Notes under the pieces: generated by a model
What the model saw: only the letters and a program-made list of their open reading frames with translations
Database searches by the model: none
Told to the model about the DNA's origin: nothing
Made by a program: the position numbers and the translations under genes
From: a bacterium
GTDB taxonomy: Bacteria > DRYD01
Direction: 5' to 3'
Assembly: GCA_026418475.1 (NCBI GenBank)
Contig: JAOABG010000004.1
Location: forward strand, 2,806-47,370
DNA length: 44,565 nucleotides
Shown: positions 1 to 10,727 of the stretch, piece after piece
Numbering within the stretch: position 1 is the first letter of the stretch
Layout: every line of letters begins with the position of its first letter

Positions 1-1
1 A

Positions 2-3000
2 AGTGGGGATCCAATAGGTTTAGAAAAGAGAATATTGCAGGAAATAAAGAGGATTCAAGAGATTCAATCGAGTGTTCCTACTTCGGAGTCTTCCCAAGAT
101 CTAGAAACTCAGAAGCAATATGCTTTGATTTTGTTGAAAAAAGGTGACTTAGATGGCGCTTTACAAGCTTTTAAAGAAATTATAAAGTTTAATAATGAAG
201 ATATTAGTAGTATTCTTAATATAGGAATAATATATTATAAGAAGAAGCAGTATGATGAGGCTTTGGATTATCTTGGGCGAGCGGTTGAATTAAAACCTGA
301 TGAATATGAAGCGTATTCTTATATTGCAAATGTTTATGAAGAGTTGTCTGATTTGAAAAAAGCCATAGACTACTATAAAAAGGCTATTTCTTATAATCCA
401 AATGAATATTTCTGCTACTATAGACTCGGCAGAATTTTATATTCTATGGGTTCATATGATGAAGCTATTAAGTACTATAAAAAATCGGTTGAACTTAATC
501 CTCTTGACAATTATTCTCATAACAATTTGGGAATAGCTTATTTGGAAGCTGGTAATATCACCGAAGCTATAAAGCATTTCCTTAAATCTATTTATTTGGA
601 TTCCAATGATTCTTACAGTTATTTTAATTTAGCTAAAGCTTATGTTAAGTTGGGACAATTGAATAGAGCTTATAAGAGTATTCAAAAGGCTATAGATTTA
701 GAACAGAAGCCTGTATATTTGCTAGAAGCTGCTAAAATACTGTATAAGTTGAGAAATTATAGAGAATCTTTGGTTTTTGCTGTAAAGGCTACTGAAATGG
801 ATCCCAATTTATTTGATGCTTATATTCTTATATCCAAACTTTACACTGTTGCAAAAAAATATGATGAAGGAATCACTATTCTTGAGAGATTTGCCAGTTT
901 TGAAAGAATGAGTTTATTGTTGGAATTATCTCAGATGTACTACATAAAGGGGGAAATAGATAAGTCTATATCGACTTTAAAAAGCATTTTATCTTATCCT
1001 GGGGAAAAAAATAATGATATAATAGTGGAAGCCACGAGAAGATTGATAAGAATATATTGTTCAAAAGGTAATTATCAAGAAGCTTATGAGTACTCCAAAA
1101 ACATCATTTCTCAGATATTTCTTGATAGAGAGGATTATACTTTATTGATATCTGTTTTTTTTAGTTTAGGTAAATATTCTGAGTTTTTGAATATTATTTC
1201 AAATTTGAATATTGATGAAATGGATTCTGAACTACTTTTTTATTATTCTTATTGTAATATTAAAGTTGGACTTTATACAATTGCGAAGGATTATTTGAAG
1301 AAATTGTATAGTTTATATCCTACTGATTTAAAAATTGCCTATTATTATTTTTATTCTCTTTTAAAGACTGGAGAAGTAAACTTAGCAAGAGATATTTTTA
1401 ATAAAATAGAAAAGGAATTGTTCAATAATCTTTCTGATTATGATGAAGTATTTGAAAATTATATAGAGCTTCTTTTTATTTTCAAAGAGTATGATTTGAT
1501 GTTAGAAAAGGCTCTCTATTTTGTAAATTCTCAAAATGTAACTTTTTCTCAAAAACAGAAAATAACCGAGTTTATTTTTAGGAGTTTATATGAAAGAAAA
1601 CAGATAAATAGGATTAAAGACTTTGAGAATCTAATTGTTTATTCGACTCACATTGTCAGGTATATTTTTTTATTGTCTTTGTTAATAACAAAGGATTATG
1701 AAAAATTAAAAGATTATGTTAAAAAATTTGCTCAAGATTTGGATGTTTTTGCTGATTATTCAGAATATCTTTTTATATATATTGTTTGTCTTTTAAAATT
1801 GGGTGAATTTGAGAAAGTTAATATAATATGTCAAAATTATCAGTTAAGGGATAATTATTCTTTGTTGACAAGTACCTTAATTGATATTTATAATTTTGAT
1901 CTTTTTAAGGCTATTAACAATCTTAAGTTAGAATTTAATTCTATGTATCATTTTTATGTTATTTTGGGTATGAAGTTTGGATTTGTTGAAAAACAGAAAA
2001 TTGATATTGTATGGGATAAATTACCTCAGATATTGAAAGATTTATGGAGAGTATATATATATGATTATGAAAATATAGGAGAGGATAATATACAGGAATT
2101 CATAAAACTTGTTGATTCTCTAAGAAAGTATATTGATGATGAAGCAGAAATTAATGAGTATATTTATTTTTTACCAGATGACATTGTTGATTATTATTTT
2201 TATAATCCCATTAATCTATTTTTCCACATGATGACTTTAAATGTTGACAGGTATATGATTGAAGAGGAATGGGAAAAGGTAAACATTTTTAGAAAAATAA
2301 GGTATCAGACTAGAAAAAAGTTATTTGAAGATTTGGAATATTTGGCTAGCAAGATTAATAGAGATTGGACTCAAATGAATTATTACTATAGCTATATATT
2401 TGCCAAGTATAGTATTTTAGTTGGTAATCTTGATAAAGCTATTAGCTTGCTTTTTGAATCGTTAAACTATAATAAATATTTTTATTCTGCAAGATTTTTA
2501 CTTGGTAGTATATATTATCTCAGAGAAATGTATGATTTAGCTATAGAACAATTGGTTGATGTTTATCATGAAAACAATGAGACTATTAGATATCTTCTTG
2601 GTAAAAATTATATTGCCACTAAATCTTTCAAACTGGCGGACGAAGAGTTTTCTTATCTGGTGAGTAAGAAGCCTGATAGTTATAAGTACCTATATTATAA
2701 GATACTTTCAAATGTTTATATGATGAATTTCAAATCTGTAGAAATTCTGGAAAATTTTTATAATAAGATCAGAGTAGAGAAGAGTATTAGGGGGTTAGAA
2801 TTCTTGGAAATTTCTCTATATCTTTCTTATATATATATACTTATAAAAAAATATAAAGAAGCGGAAGATGTTTTATTGGATTTGTTAAACAGTTTTCAAA
2901 CAAATGAAAAAGTTTATAAGTATTTATCTATTGTTTATATTTCTACTAATCAAATTCCTAAGGTTTTGAATGTATATAACATGGGTATAAAGAATATACC

Positions 3001-3457
3001 TGATAGTTCTGAGCTTTATTCCCAAAGAGGAGTTTTGTATTATAAAGCTAATAAACTTGATTTGGCGGAGAAGGATTTTTTAAGGGCATATGAATTGAAT
3101 AATCTCGATTTTGTGGCCATAAGTCATTTAGGTTTGATTTCTTTAAAAAAGGAAGATTTTACTTCTGCTTTGAATTATTTTAAAGAAGCTATATCTATTA
3201 AGCCATTGGCTTATGAAATATACACTAATATAGGTAATGTATACGAAAAGATGGGTAAGGTAATAGAAGCAAAAGAATACTATGAAATGGCTTATGAACA
3301 TAATCCATCTAATGTACAAAATATAAGAAAATTAATCGAGATACTTAAAAGACTTTCTGATACTATAAAATTACAAATGATAAAAGAAGAAATAGAAAAA
3401 AGTTCTTCTTTTGATTCCAAAGTTAAGAGTGAACTTATATCGCTGATAGGAGGATAG
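2..3457 (+). CDS. Large tetratricopeptide-repeat (TPR) protein, probably 5'-truncated by the window edge
   Basis: Many ~34-aa TPR units (e.g. AYSYIANVYEELSDLKKAIDYYKKAISYNP; SHNNLGIAYLEAGNITEAIKHFLKSIYLDS) at both ends. The frame of the TTG at 35 is open back to position 2 (SGDPIGLEKRI...), so the true start may lie upstream. Confidence 0.9.
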   Translation, partial: SGDPIGLEKRILQEIKRIQEIQSSVPTSESSQDLETQKQYALILLKKGDLDGALQAFKEIIKFNNEDISSILNIGIIYYKKKQYDEALDYLGRAVELKPDEYEAYSYIANVYEELSDLKKAIDYYKKAISYNPNEYFCYYRLGRILYSMGSYDEAIKYYKKSVELNPLDNYSHNNLGIAYLEAGNITEAIKHFLKSIYLDSNDSYSYFNLAKAYVKLGQLNRAYKSIQKAIDLEQKPVYLLEAAKILYKLRNYRESLVFAVKATEMDPNLFDAYILISKLYTVAKKYDEGITILERFASFERMSLLLELSQMYYIKGEIDKSISTLKSILSYPGEKNNDIIVEATRRLIRIYCSKGNYQEAYEYSKNIISQIFLDREDYTLLISVFFSLGKYSEFLNIISNLNIDEMDSELLFYYSYCNIKVGLYTIAKDYLKKLYSLYPTDLKIAYYYFYSLLKTGEVNLARDIFNKIEKELFNNLSDYDEVFENYIELLFIFKEYDLMLEKALYFVNSQNVTFSQKQKITEFIFRSLYERKQINRIKDFENLIVYSTHIVRYIFLLSLLITKDYEKLKDYVKKFAQDLDVFADYSEYLFIYIVCLLKLGEFEKVNIICQNYQLRDNYSLLTSTLIDIYNFDLFKAINNLKLEFNSMYHFYVILGMKFGFVEKQKIDIVWDKLPQILKDLWRVYIYDYENIGEDNIQEFIKLVDSLRKYIDDEAEINEYIYFLPDDIVDYYFYNPINLFFHMMTLNVDRYMIEEEWEKVNIFRKIRYQTRKKLFEDLEYLASKINRDWTQMNYYYSYIFAKYSILVGNLDKAISLLFESLNYNKYFYSARFLLGSIYYLREMYDLAIEQLVDVYHENNETIRYLLGKNYIATKSFKLADEEFSYLVSKKPDSYKYLYYKILSNVYMMNFKSVEILENFYNKIRVEKSIRGLEFLEISLYLSYIYILIKKYKEAEDVLLDLLNSFQTNEKVYKYLSIVYISTNQIPKVLNVYNMGIKNIPDSSELYSQRGVLYYKANKLDLAEKDFLRAYELNNLDFVAISHLGLISLKKEDFTSALNYFKEAISIKPLAYEIYTNIGNVYEKMGKVIEAKEYYEMAYEHNPSNVQNIRKLIEILKRLSDTIKLQMIKEEIEKSSSFDSKVKSELISLIGG

Positions 3458-3461
3458 ATGT

Positions 3462-6032
3462 ATGGAAGCTACCTTAAATAAAGTTTATAAGTCTAAGCAA
3501 AACTATTTTTACGTGATTCAAAAGTTAATCGGCCAAGATGAAATTTTAAATATAATCAATGATGTTTTTAAAATGATGAATTTTAGCTACTACTCTTTTG
3601 AAAGTTTTCAATATATTGAAGATATTATTAATGATCAACCTATAAGTATTATTAGTCCTTTTTTTTACATATCAAAAGATAAAAAAGAATTATTTTTGGT
3701 TGAATTTTTTTCTGATTATGGTAATACTGTATTTGTTTTACATTATTACTCTATGGATGATGGTTTTGACTATGAGGACAAAATAAATTCTGTTTTTAAT
3801 GAGATCATAAAAAAATACGATCTAAATTGTATTTATTTTAATTATAAGGATATCTTTAAAATTTCTGATAAAAATATGCTAAATTGGTTTATGAAGGATG
3901 TTAATATAGGGTTGTTAAGCATAGTAAAAGAATATAAAATTGATAGAGAAAAACTGAATTTTGATAAATATTTTATTGATTCGAGAGTTATATCTGTTTC
4001 TTATTCTGTCCTTAGGGGTAATTATTCTGATATTTCTTTGGAAGATTTGAAATATATGGAATTACTTGAGAAGAATAATTTTTTAAAAATCTTTGTGGTT
4101 TTCAGATGTTCTTCTACAGGGGCTTCTATATTTCAGATGAATAAATTGGATAATGTGGGAATATTATTAGAAAGTTTTAGGTGTCCAATTTGTGGTAAAA
4201 AGCTGTCTGAAGAAAACAGAGAAATAAATTTAACTGTTTCTCCGTTTTTTGATATATACTTTACGAATTATATATGGCTAAAAAATGTTATTTTTGACTA
4301 TTTTATTTCGTCTGATAATATGGTTGTATATGAATACGATAAAGATGTTTATCTTATAAGATATATGAATTCTTTGTATTTTGTTGTTTTTACTGATTAT
4401 AATAATCTTCTATCTTCTCTTTCGTATTATAAGGATGTTGAGATACTTAATTTATCCCATTCTTTTTTCTTTATAATCAACTATGAAAACAATAGTATTA
4501 ATTTTTCTCTTGTTGATAGATTCAAAGAAAAGATAACTCTTATAAATATGAATAAAGATAATTTTTCAATTGATAATTTTAGGAAAATTTTGGTTGATAT
4601 AAAAGAAAAAATAGAATATATATATAATATGAAACAATTTGGAAATATTGTTGTTAATATTAATTATCCAAGTTTATTGATGTATAGTAGTAAGCAGGTT
4701 CATCAAAAAGAGGAAGTTATCTTAGAGGTTCTTGATTCTGAAGAGAAGGAACTTGTTTATCCTGCTTTTAAAGAGGAAGAAGGATTTTTCGTGGAAACTA
4801 AAACTGTTTCAGATAAAGAGCATTCTATTTTTTCTGAAGAAAAACGGGAGGATGAAAGCCAGTTATACTCTGAGATTGTTGAAATTCAAGAGCCTTATCA
4901 AATACAAGAGATAACTGTAAGTAAGGATCAAGAAGAATTTGTGGATATATTTGAAAATATTATAGAAGAAAAGAAAAATGAATCAATGGGGGACCTGACT
5001 GTTCAAAAAATCATTAGTGAACAGCCTATATTTGAAGAAGTATTTGAAGAAGAGAAAAAGTCGGTTGAGGATATCTTAGATGAAATAAATTTATCAATGA
5101 CTAATTCTCTAGATCAGACTATCGATGAGAAGACTACAGAGCAGGAAAATTTGGAAGAGCTTTTAGTGATTAATAGAGAAATTGAATTAAAAAAAGATAA
5201 AAAAGAAGATTTATCTATAACGGTTAATATTGATGATCTATTAAAAGATGTTAAGGTTAATTTTAGATCAGAACTTGGTAAAGATTTGATTTTAAAGGAT
5301 ATGCTTAGTATTTTTTATCATTTATTGGCTGGGATGAGTAAAGAAAAATTAGCTTTTATTGAAAAGAATATTCAATATTTTAAACAGAGTATGCAAATTA
5401 AAGATCCAAATTTGAAATATAATATCTCTATTATTAATCCAAAGGGATTTAATGTTTTTCCTAAGGATGAGATACTTATTGTTAATTATTATCAGCCTAT
5501 TATGGGACGTCTATATGATATGAAAGATTATTATATCAGAGATAAGGAGGTATATAGTTTTTGTATCAACAAGAGCACATTGTTTTTTAATTTATTTTAC
5601 AATGCTGTACCAAACATTATTGTTTCTTCATTTGTTTTAGATGTTTCTTTTGATTCTTTTGATAGTAATATGGTTTATACTTATCCTGCTGAGCTTAAAG
5701 AATTAAAAATTAACATAATTAAGAGAGTTACTGATAATTTGGATAATTTAAAGGTTAGTGGAGTTATACAAAATTTTGTTATTTTAAATGAAGAATTTGA
5801 ATATATTACTGAGAATAATAGTTTTGATTCAGATGTAATATATAAGATTTATAATTATTACAATCTTTATTCTGTTATTGAACCGATTGTTTGGGGTTTG
5901 GGAAGTAAAGAAGGGGGATTTTATTTGGTGCTCAAATTTAACAATGTTTTCCTTGTGGTATATGATAAAGATTTTTCATTTAACAAAATAGTTAGCTTGT
6001 ATAATAGTTTATATTTATTGGAGATTTTATGA
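3462..6032 (+). CDS. Hypothetical multidomain protein with a Cys/Zn-ribbon-like motif and an acidic low-complexity linker
   Basis: 856-aa ORF starting 4 nt after the TPR stop, with GGAGG upstream. Contains FRC...FRCPICGKK and an E/D-rich region at about aa 415-585. Confidence 0.8.
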   Translation: MEATLNKVYKSKQNYFYVIQKLIGQDEILNIINDVFKMMNFSYYSFESFQYIEDIINDQPISIISPFFYISKDKKELFLVEFFSDYGNTVFVLHYYSMDDGFDYEDKINSVFNEIIKKYDLNCIYFNYKDIFKISDKNMLNWFMKDVNIGLLSIVKEYKIDREKLNFDKYFIDSRVISVSYSVLRGNYSDISLEDLKYMELLEKNNFLKIFVVFRCSSTGASIFQMNKLDNVGILLESFRCPICGKKLSEENREINLTVSPFFDIYFTNYIWLKNVIFDYFISSDNMVVYEYDKDVYLIRYMNSLYFVVFTDYNNLLSSLSYYKDVEILNLSHSFFFIINYENNSINFSLVDRFKEKITLINMNKDNFSIDNFRKILVDIKEKIEYIYNMKQFGNIVVNINYPSLLMYSSKQVHQKEEVILEVLDSEEKELVYPAFKEEEGFFVETKTVSDKEHSIFSEEKREDESQLYSEIVEIQEPYQIQEITVSKDQEEFVDIFENIIEEKKNESMGDLTVQKIISEQPIFEEVFEEEKKSVEDILDEINLSMTNSLDQTIDEKTTEQENLEELLVINREIELKKDKKEDLSITVNIDDLLKDVKVNFRSELGKDLILKDMLSIFYHLLAGMSKEKLAFIEKNIQYFKQSMQIKDPNLKYNISIINPKGFNVFPKDEILIVNYYQPIMGRLYDMKDYYIRDKEVYSFCINKSTLFFNLFYNAVPNIIVSSFVLDVSFDSFDSNMVYTYPAELKELKINIIKRVTDNLDNLKVSGVIQNFVILNEEFEYITENNSFDSDVIYKIYNYYNLYSVIEPIVWGLGSKEGGFYLVLKFNNVFLVVYDKDFSFNKIVSLYNSLYLLEIL

Positions 6033-6103
6033 GCGCTTGGGCAGGAGCGTTTGTGGGGCGCTATATAAATACCTTCCTGCTAAAAGGGGAAAATGAATAT
6101 TAA
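6029..6103 (+). CDS. Possible 24-aa small ORF (MSAWAGAFVGRYINTFLLKGENEY); alternatively a structured RNA element
   Basis: ATGA overlap with the upstream stop, GGAG at 6020-6023, and a stop that falls inside the start of the next gene. Locally GC-rich. Confidence 0.25.
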   Translation: MSAWAGAFVGRYINTFLLKGENEY

Positions 6104-6479
6104 TCAGTTTGAAGGAACAATAGCTTACTTTGTGATATCAAGGTTAGCTGGTGGGGAAATATTGGAAAATTATGTTAAAGATCAGGATATTCTTCAACCA
6201 TTACTTGAATATTCCCTCAATTATATAGAAAATTACGAGTCATTTAAAAATGATTTAAATAATTTTAATTCTACTCTGGCTCAGTACAGTCCAAATTTTA
6301 AACTAGATAAATTAAAAAGTTTGAATTTTATTTACTCTAACATGAAGGTGTTTTTTTGCGAGATTAAAGAGGACGATATATTTGCAGTTATTTTTTTTAG
6401 TGCCTCTTATCCTGATGGTATAGTGAAAATTTTTCTCAATGAATATATCAATTATGTTAAACAAAATTATAGTTTATAG
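6093..6479 (+). CDS. Small hypothetical protein, possibly roadblock/longin-like fold
   Basis: 128 aa with AAGGGG RBS. Apparent beta-beta-alpha-beta-beta-beta-alpha pattern; the fold call is inference. Confidence 0.7.
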   Translation: MNINQFEGTIAYFVISRLAGGEILENYVKDQDILQPLLEYSLNYIENYESFKNDLNNFNSTLAQYSPNFKLDKLKSLNFIYSNMKVFFCEIKEDDIFAVIFFSASYPDGIVKIFLNEYINYVKQNYSL

Positions 6480-6480
6480 T

Positions 6481-6987
6481 ATGGATATAAAAACAGTGAA
6501 TGATTTATTATTAAAAGCTACAAAAGGAAAGTTTAAGCTTTATGATAGTGAGAAATTTGAACAGAGAGTAAGTGATATAAAGAATTTATCAAATTCATTT
6601 TTTTCTTTCTTTGTAGGAATGGAAGAGGATATATATAATGTTAGGCATGAAGTTGAAAAAATTATAAAAAGCAATTTTCCAAATGTTGATCAAAGAAAAC
6701 TTTATAATATTCTACTAGTTTTTACTGAGTTGTCTACAAATATGATTAAACATGCTTGTAATGGTTATTTTGAGATTTATTTGGATCATAGTAGTGTTTA
6801 TATGTTATTTAAAGATTCCGGTGCTGGTATTAGTATTGATAGAATACCATTTATTACTTTATCCAACTATTCTCGGTTGGAGGATTCTTTAGGATTCGGA
6901 TTTAATATATGTATTGAGTTGAGTGATTCTATAGAGATGGAAACCAGTCAAAACGGAACCAATATAATAGTTCTAATGTATATATGA
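6481..6987 (+). CDS. HATPase_c ATP-binding protein, anti-sigma factor/Ser kinase (RsbT/RsbW-like)
   Basis: N box ELSTNMIKHA, G1 box DSGAGI, G2 box LGFGF, terminal GTNI. Start placed at ATG 6481, just after the upstream stop (track gives 6439). Confidence 0.8.
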   Translation: MDIKTVNDLLLKATKGKFKLYDSEKFEQRVSDIKNLSNSFFSFFVGMEEDIYNVRHEVEKIIKSNFPNVDQRKLYNILLVFTELSTNMIKHACNGYFEIYLDHSSVYMLFKDSGAGISIDRIPFITLSNYSRLEDSLGFGFNICIELSDSIEMETSQNGTNIIVLMYI

Positions 6988-7706
6988 TGTATTTGGATTT
7001 ATATAATGAGAAGTTGAAACAAGTTGATTTATTGAGGTTACCCAATCACATTGCTTTTATTATGGATGGTAATAGGAGATGGTCTAAGAGGAATAATCTT
7101 CCGAGCTTTGTGGGGCATAAGAAAGGATTTGTTAATTTTAAAGATATAATATTTTTTTCTAAGGAATTGGGTATAAAAGAATTATCCTTTTTTGCTTTTT
7201 CTAAAGAAAATTGGAATAGATCTAATGAAGAGGTTAATTTTCTGCTAAATTTGATGCTATTTTATACTAATAGGGAGATATTTAGAATTATTGAAGAAGG
7301 TATAAGAATAAGAATCATTGGTGATAAAGAAAGTATTCCTGTTGAATTGAAAGAGGCTTTTAATAGGATAGAACGAGAAAGTGAAATTTTTGATAAAATG
7401 ATTGTTAATGTTATGATAAACTATTCAGGGCAATATGATGTTTTACAGGCTATAAAAAAGATTATTCATAGTGGATATGGGTCGGAACAAGTTGATTATG
7501 ATTTGATTAATTCTTGTCTTTTAATAAGTTCTCCTGATTTACTTATAAGAACTGGAGGGGAATATAGAATAAGTAATTTTATACTTTTTCAGCTTGCTTA
7601 TACTGAACTTTATTTTTCTCAGAAAATGTGGCCAGATTTTCAGATTGATGATCTGATTGATGCTATTATAGATTATCAGGGAAGAGAAAGAAGATGGGGA
7701 AAGTAG
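6984..7706 (+). CDS. uppS: Undecaprenyl (polyprenyl) diphosphate synthase
   Basis: HIAFIMDGNRRW, FSKENWNRS, DLLIRTGGEYRISNF and RERRWG motifs. Confidence 0.96.
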   Translation: MMYLDLYNEKLKQVDLLRLPNHIAFIMDGNRRWSKRNNLPSFVGHKKGFVNFKDIIFFSKELGIKELSFFAFSKENWNRSNEEVNFLLNLMLFYTNREIFRIIEEGIRIRIIGDKESIPVELKEAFNRIERESEIFDKMIVNVMINYSGQYDVLQAIKKIIHSGYGSEQVDYDLINSCLLISSPDLLIRTGGEYRISNFILFQLAYTELYFSQKMWPDFQIDDLIDAIIDYQGRERRWGK

Positions 7707-8872
7707 CAGTAATACATTTTTCTGACTGTTTTTTCCCAAGAATTAATGGGGTAACTGTTGCGATAAATACCATTTCTAATGCTTTGAAGGAACATCAAGT
7801 GTATAATATTATTGTTTCACCTTCTTATGAAGGCAATAATGATCTGAAATTTGAAGATTTTTATGGGATTGATCTGATTAGAATTCCATCTAAGACTTTT
7901 ATTTTCAATAGAGAAGATAGGTTTATGTTGTTTTCTTCTAATCAACAGCTATTCAACACTATAAAAAATAGAATTAAAAATTATTCTGTTGTTGTTTTCC
8001 TTTTTCATAATATTATGAATAGTTATTTTATTGGATATAATGTAATGAAACTTTTGCAAGCTGATGAATTTAAAGGCCAGATTTTAAAAATATATTATTA
8101 TCATACATTTTGGGAACATTATTTGCATTACTTACCATTACCTAAATTTATCTCTGGAAATTTTCTTAAGTTATTAGAGAAACAAATACTCAGAAAGATG
8201 GATTATATAATGGTAGCTAATGATTACGTTAAAAGTGTTGTTAATGAAAAAATGGGTTCAGATGTTAAAATTGTTGTTAATCCGCTTCCCATAAATCCTG
8301 TTTTTTTCAGAGATAGGGATCCAAATTTAACTAACCTCCCGGATAGAAAATATTTTGTATATGTTGGCAGAATGGGAAAAGAAAAAAATTTATACTTTTT
8401 GCTGGATATTTTTAAAGAGTTGCTAAGTTTTGATAATGACTTTTATCTTTACTTGATTGGAGATGGTCCAGAAAAACAGAATCTTATTTCATATTCCAAA
8501 TACAATGGTATTTCAGAGAGAACGCTTTTCTTGGGTTATATGACTCAAAATGAAATTATTGAGCTATATAAATATTCTCAAGGAGTGATTTTTACTTCAA
8601 AGACAGAGACCCTTGGTTTAGTTATATTGGAAGCAATGAGTAGTGGGGGAATAGTATTTACTCTTAATGTTCCTCCTTTTAACTCTGTCATTAATAATCT
8701 TAATGATGGAGTGTTGATAAATTATGAAGATAGGAGATATTTTGCTAAAAAGATTATTGAAATTATTTCTGATAGAGATTTATCTGAAAGAATAAGGAAA
8801 AATGCTATTAATCGTTCCCAAAATTTTCATCCCTCTGCTTTTGCTCATAATTTTCTGAGTGTTATCAGGTAG
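7694..8872 (+). CDS. GT4 glycosyltransferase, diacylglycerol glucosyltransferase-like
   Basis: FSDCFFPRINGV, YHT, YVGRMGKEKN and ETLGLVILEAM (E-x7-E) motifs. Confidence 0.88.
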   Translation: MGKVAVIHFSDCFFPRINGVTVAINTISNALKEHQVYNIIVSPSYEGNNDLKFEDFYGIDLIRIPSKTFIFNREDRFMLFSSNQQLFNTIKNRIKNYSVVVFLFHNIMNSYFIGYNVMKLLQADEFKGQILKIYYYHTFWEHYLHYLPLPKFISGNFLKLLEKQILRKMDYIMVANDYVKSVVNEKMGSDVKIVVNPLPINPVFFRDRDPNLTNLPDRKYFVYVGRMGKEKNLYFLLDIFKELLSFDNDFYLYLIGDGPEKQNLISYSKYNGISERTLFLGYMTQNEIIELYKYSQGVIFTSKTETLGLVILEAMSSGGIVFTLNVPPFNSVINNLNDGVLINYEDRRYFAKKIIEIISDRDLSERIRKNAINRSQNFHPSAFAHNFLSVIR

Positions 8873-8883
8873 GTGAATTAATC

Positions 8884-9957
8884 ATGGCAAAAATAGGAAT
8901 AGATGTTATGGGTGGTGACAATGCACCGTTAGCAGTTATCGAAGGAATACTTTATTCTTTGATGGAAAACAAAGACCTTCATATTGTTGCTACTTATTAT
9001 AAGAATATTGATATGAATGATATGATAAAGAGGATTTTTTCTCTCTCTGCTAAAAAAAGCAAAATTAAGAATTTTATAAAAAACAATTTGTGGAGAGATA
9101 GGATAGAATTTATTCCTTGTGAGAGCTACATAAGCATGAAGGATAGGCCATCTGGTTTTTTAAAACATAAGAACAACACTTTAAGAACTGTTTTTGATTT
9201 ATTGAAGGATAATATTGTTCATGGGGTGGTTTATGCTGGAAATACCGGTGCTTTTTTGGAAGGTTCTGTACTTGTTGTTGGTAGAATGGAAAATGTCAAG
9301 AGACCTGCTTTGTTAACAATTCTGCCTTTTGGTAATCCCCCAGTTTTTCTGCTGGACAGCGGTGCCAATCCTGAATGTAAGCCGGAATATATGTTGCAGT
9401 TTGCGATTATGGCATCCACATATTATAAGGTTGTGCTTTCCAAAATTCCTACCGTTGGGATCCTCAATATAGGTAATGAAGAAATAAAAGGTAATAATTT
9501 GGTTAAAGAAACACATGGATTGATTAAAAGTTATATGGATAAAAATCCTAAGCTGTTTAATTATTGTGGTTTTATAGAGCCATATGATGTTGTAAACTCT
9601 AAAATAAATATTGTTTTAACTGATGGTTTTAGTGGGAATATTATGTTAAAATCTTTTGAAGCTTTATCTGAATATGTAATGGACATGATGAAAAAGGAGT
9701 TTTCTAAGGGAATAATAAATAAAGCTTTGGGTTTAATTCTTAGGTCTAATTTCAGAAAACTCAAAAATTTTTTTGATTATTCTGAATATGGTGGTGCTAT
9801 TATGCTTGGGTTGAAAGGAATATGTATCAAAACACATGGAAGAGCAAATTATAAAGCTATAAAAAATTCTATCTTGTTTACTTATAGACTAATAAAGAAT
9901 GATATGATAAATAAAATAGAGAAAGAAATCAAAAGTATGGAAGTATGGATTACTTAA
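8884..9957 (+). CDS. plsX: Phosphate acyltransferase PlsX
   Basis: IGIDVMGGDNAP, AGNTGA, LDSGAN, TDGFSGNIMLK, YGGA and KTHG motifs. Confidence 0.96.
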   Translation: MAKIGIDVMGGDNAPLAVIEGILYSLMENKDLHIVATYYKNIDMNDMIKRIFSLSAKKSKIKNFIKNNLWRDRIEFIPCESYISMKDRPSGFLKHKNNTLRTVFDLLKDNIVHGVVYAGNTGAFLEGSVLVVGRMENVKRPALLTILPFGNPPVFLLDSGANPECKPEYMLQFAIMASTYYKVVLSKIPTVGILNIGNEEIKGNNLVKETHGLIKSYMDKNPKLFNYCGFIEPYDVVNSKINIVLTDGFSGNIMLKSFEALSEYVMDMMKKEFSKGIINKALGLILRSNFRKLKNFFDYSEYGGAIMLGLKGICIKTHGRANYKAIKNSILFTYRLIKNDMINKIEKEIKSMEVWIT

Positions 9958-10727
9958 ATTATAATCTTAAAGATGGATATAAGAAAATAAATGCTTTCTA
10001 TGAATTGAATAATCATTTAATGACTTTTGGATTGGATATATATTGGAGAAAAAAAGCCGGTACTATTTTGTCTAAATTGTTACAGAAAGAAAAATATTTT
10101 GAAAATAAAGACAGTTTTATATATTGTGATTTTTGTATAGGTACGGGAGAGTTCTTTGAAGAAGTAGTAAATAGAATCAAAAGAATTTCATTTGAAAAAA
10201 TTTTGTTTAATAAAAAAAGCTATTTCATAGGTCTTGACTTTAGTTTTGATATGATTAATTGGGTAAAGAAAAAAAAGGTTTATAAAGTTGAGAATGTTTT
10301 TCTAATACTTGCTGATGTTGGATTTTTACCTTTTAAAAATAACACTTTAGATTTTGTTAGTATTTCTTTGGGTATAAGGAATTTAAGGAATCCTAATGAT
10401 GTTAAACATGACGATATTTTTGCAAGGAGGTTTAATGAAATATATAGGGTTATTAAAGCTGGAGGTTACTTTTGGGGTTTGGAGACCAGTAGGCCCCCAA
10501 ATAAAATAATTAGGAAAATATCGGATTTCTTTACTCTTTATGTCTTTACCAATGTAGCTAAGATAGTTTCTTTTGATTTTGATACCTATACATATTTAGC
10601 GAAGAGTATGTTAGATTTTTTTGATGCTGATAAATTTAAATATTTTCTTATGAATGTGGGATTTAAAAAGGTTGATTATCATTTGATGACTTTCGGGGTA
10701 GTTTCTCTCCACATAGCTAAAAAATGA
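9945..10727 (+). CDS. menG: Ubiquinone/menaquinone biosynthesis methyltransferase (UbiE/MenG)
   Basis: YELNNHLMTFGLDIYWRKK, SAM motif DFCIGTG, GIRN, YLAKS and MTFGVVSLHIA. Confidence 0.85.
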   Translation: MDYLNYNLKDGYKKINAFYELNNHLMTFGLDIYWRKKAGTILSKLLQKEKYFENKDSFIYCDFCIGTGEFFEEVVNRIKRISFEKILFNKKSYFIGLDFSFDMINWVKKKKVYKVENVFLILADVGFLPFKNNTLDFVSISLGIRNLRNPNDVKHDDIFARRFNEIYRVIKAGGYFWGLETSRPPNKIIRKISDFFTLYVFTNVAKIVSFDFDTYTYLAKSMLDFFDADKFKYFLMNVGFKKVDYHLMTFGVVSLHIAKK

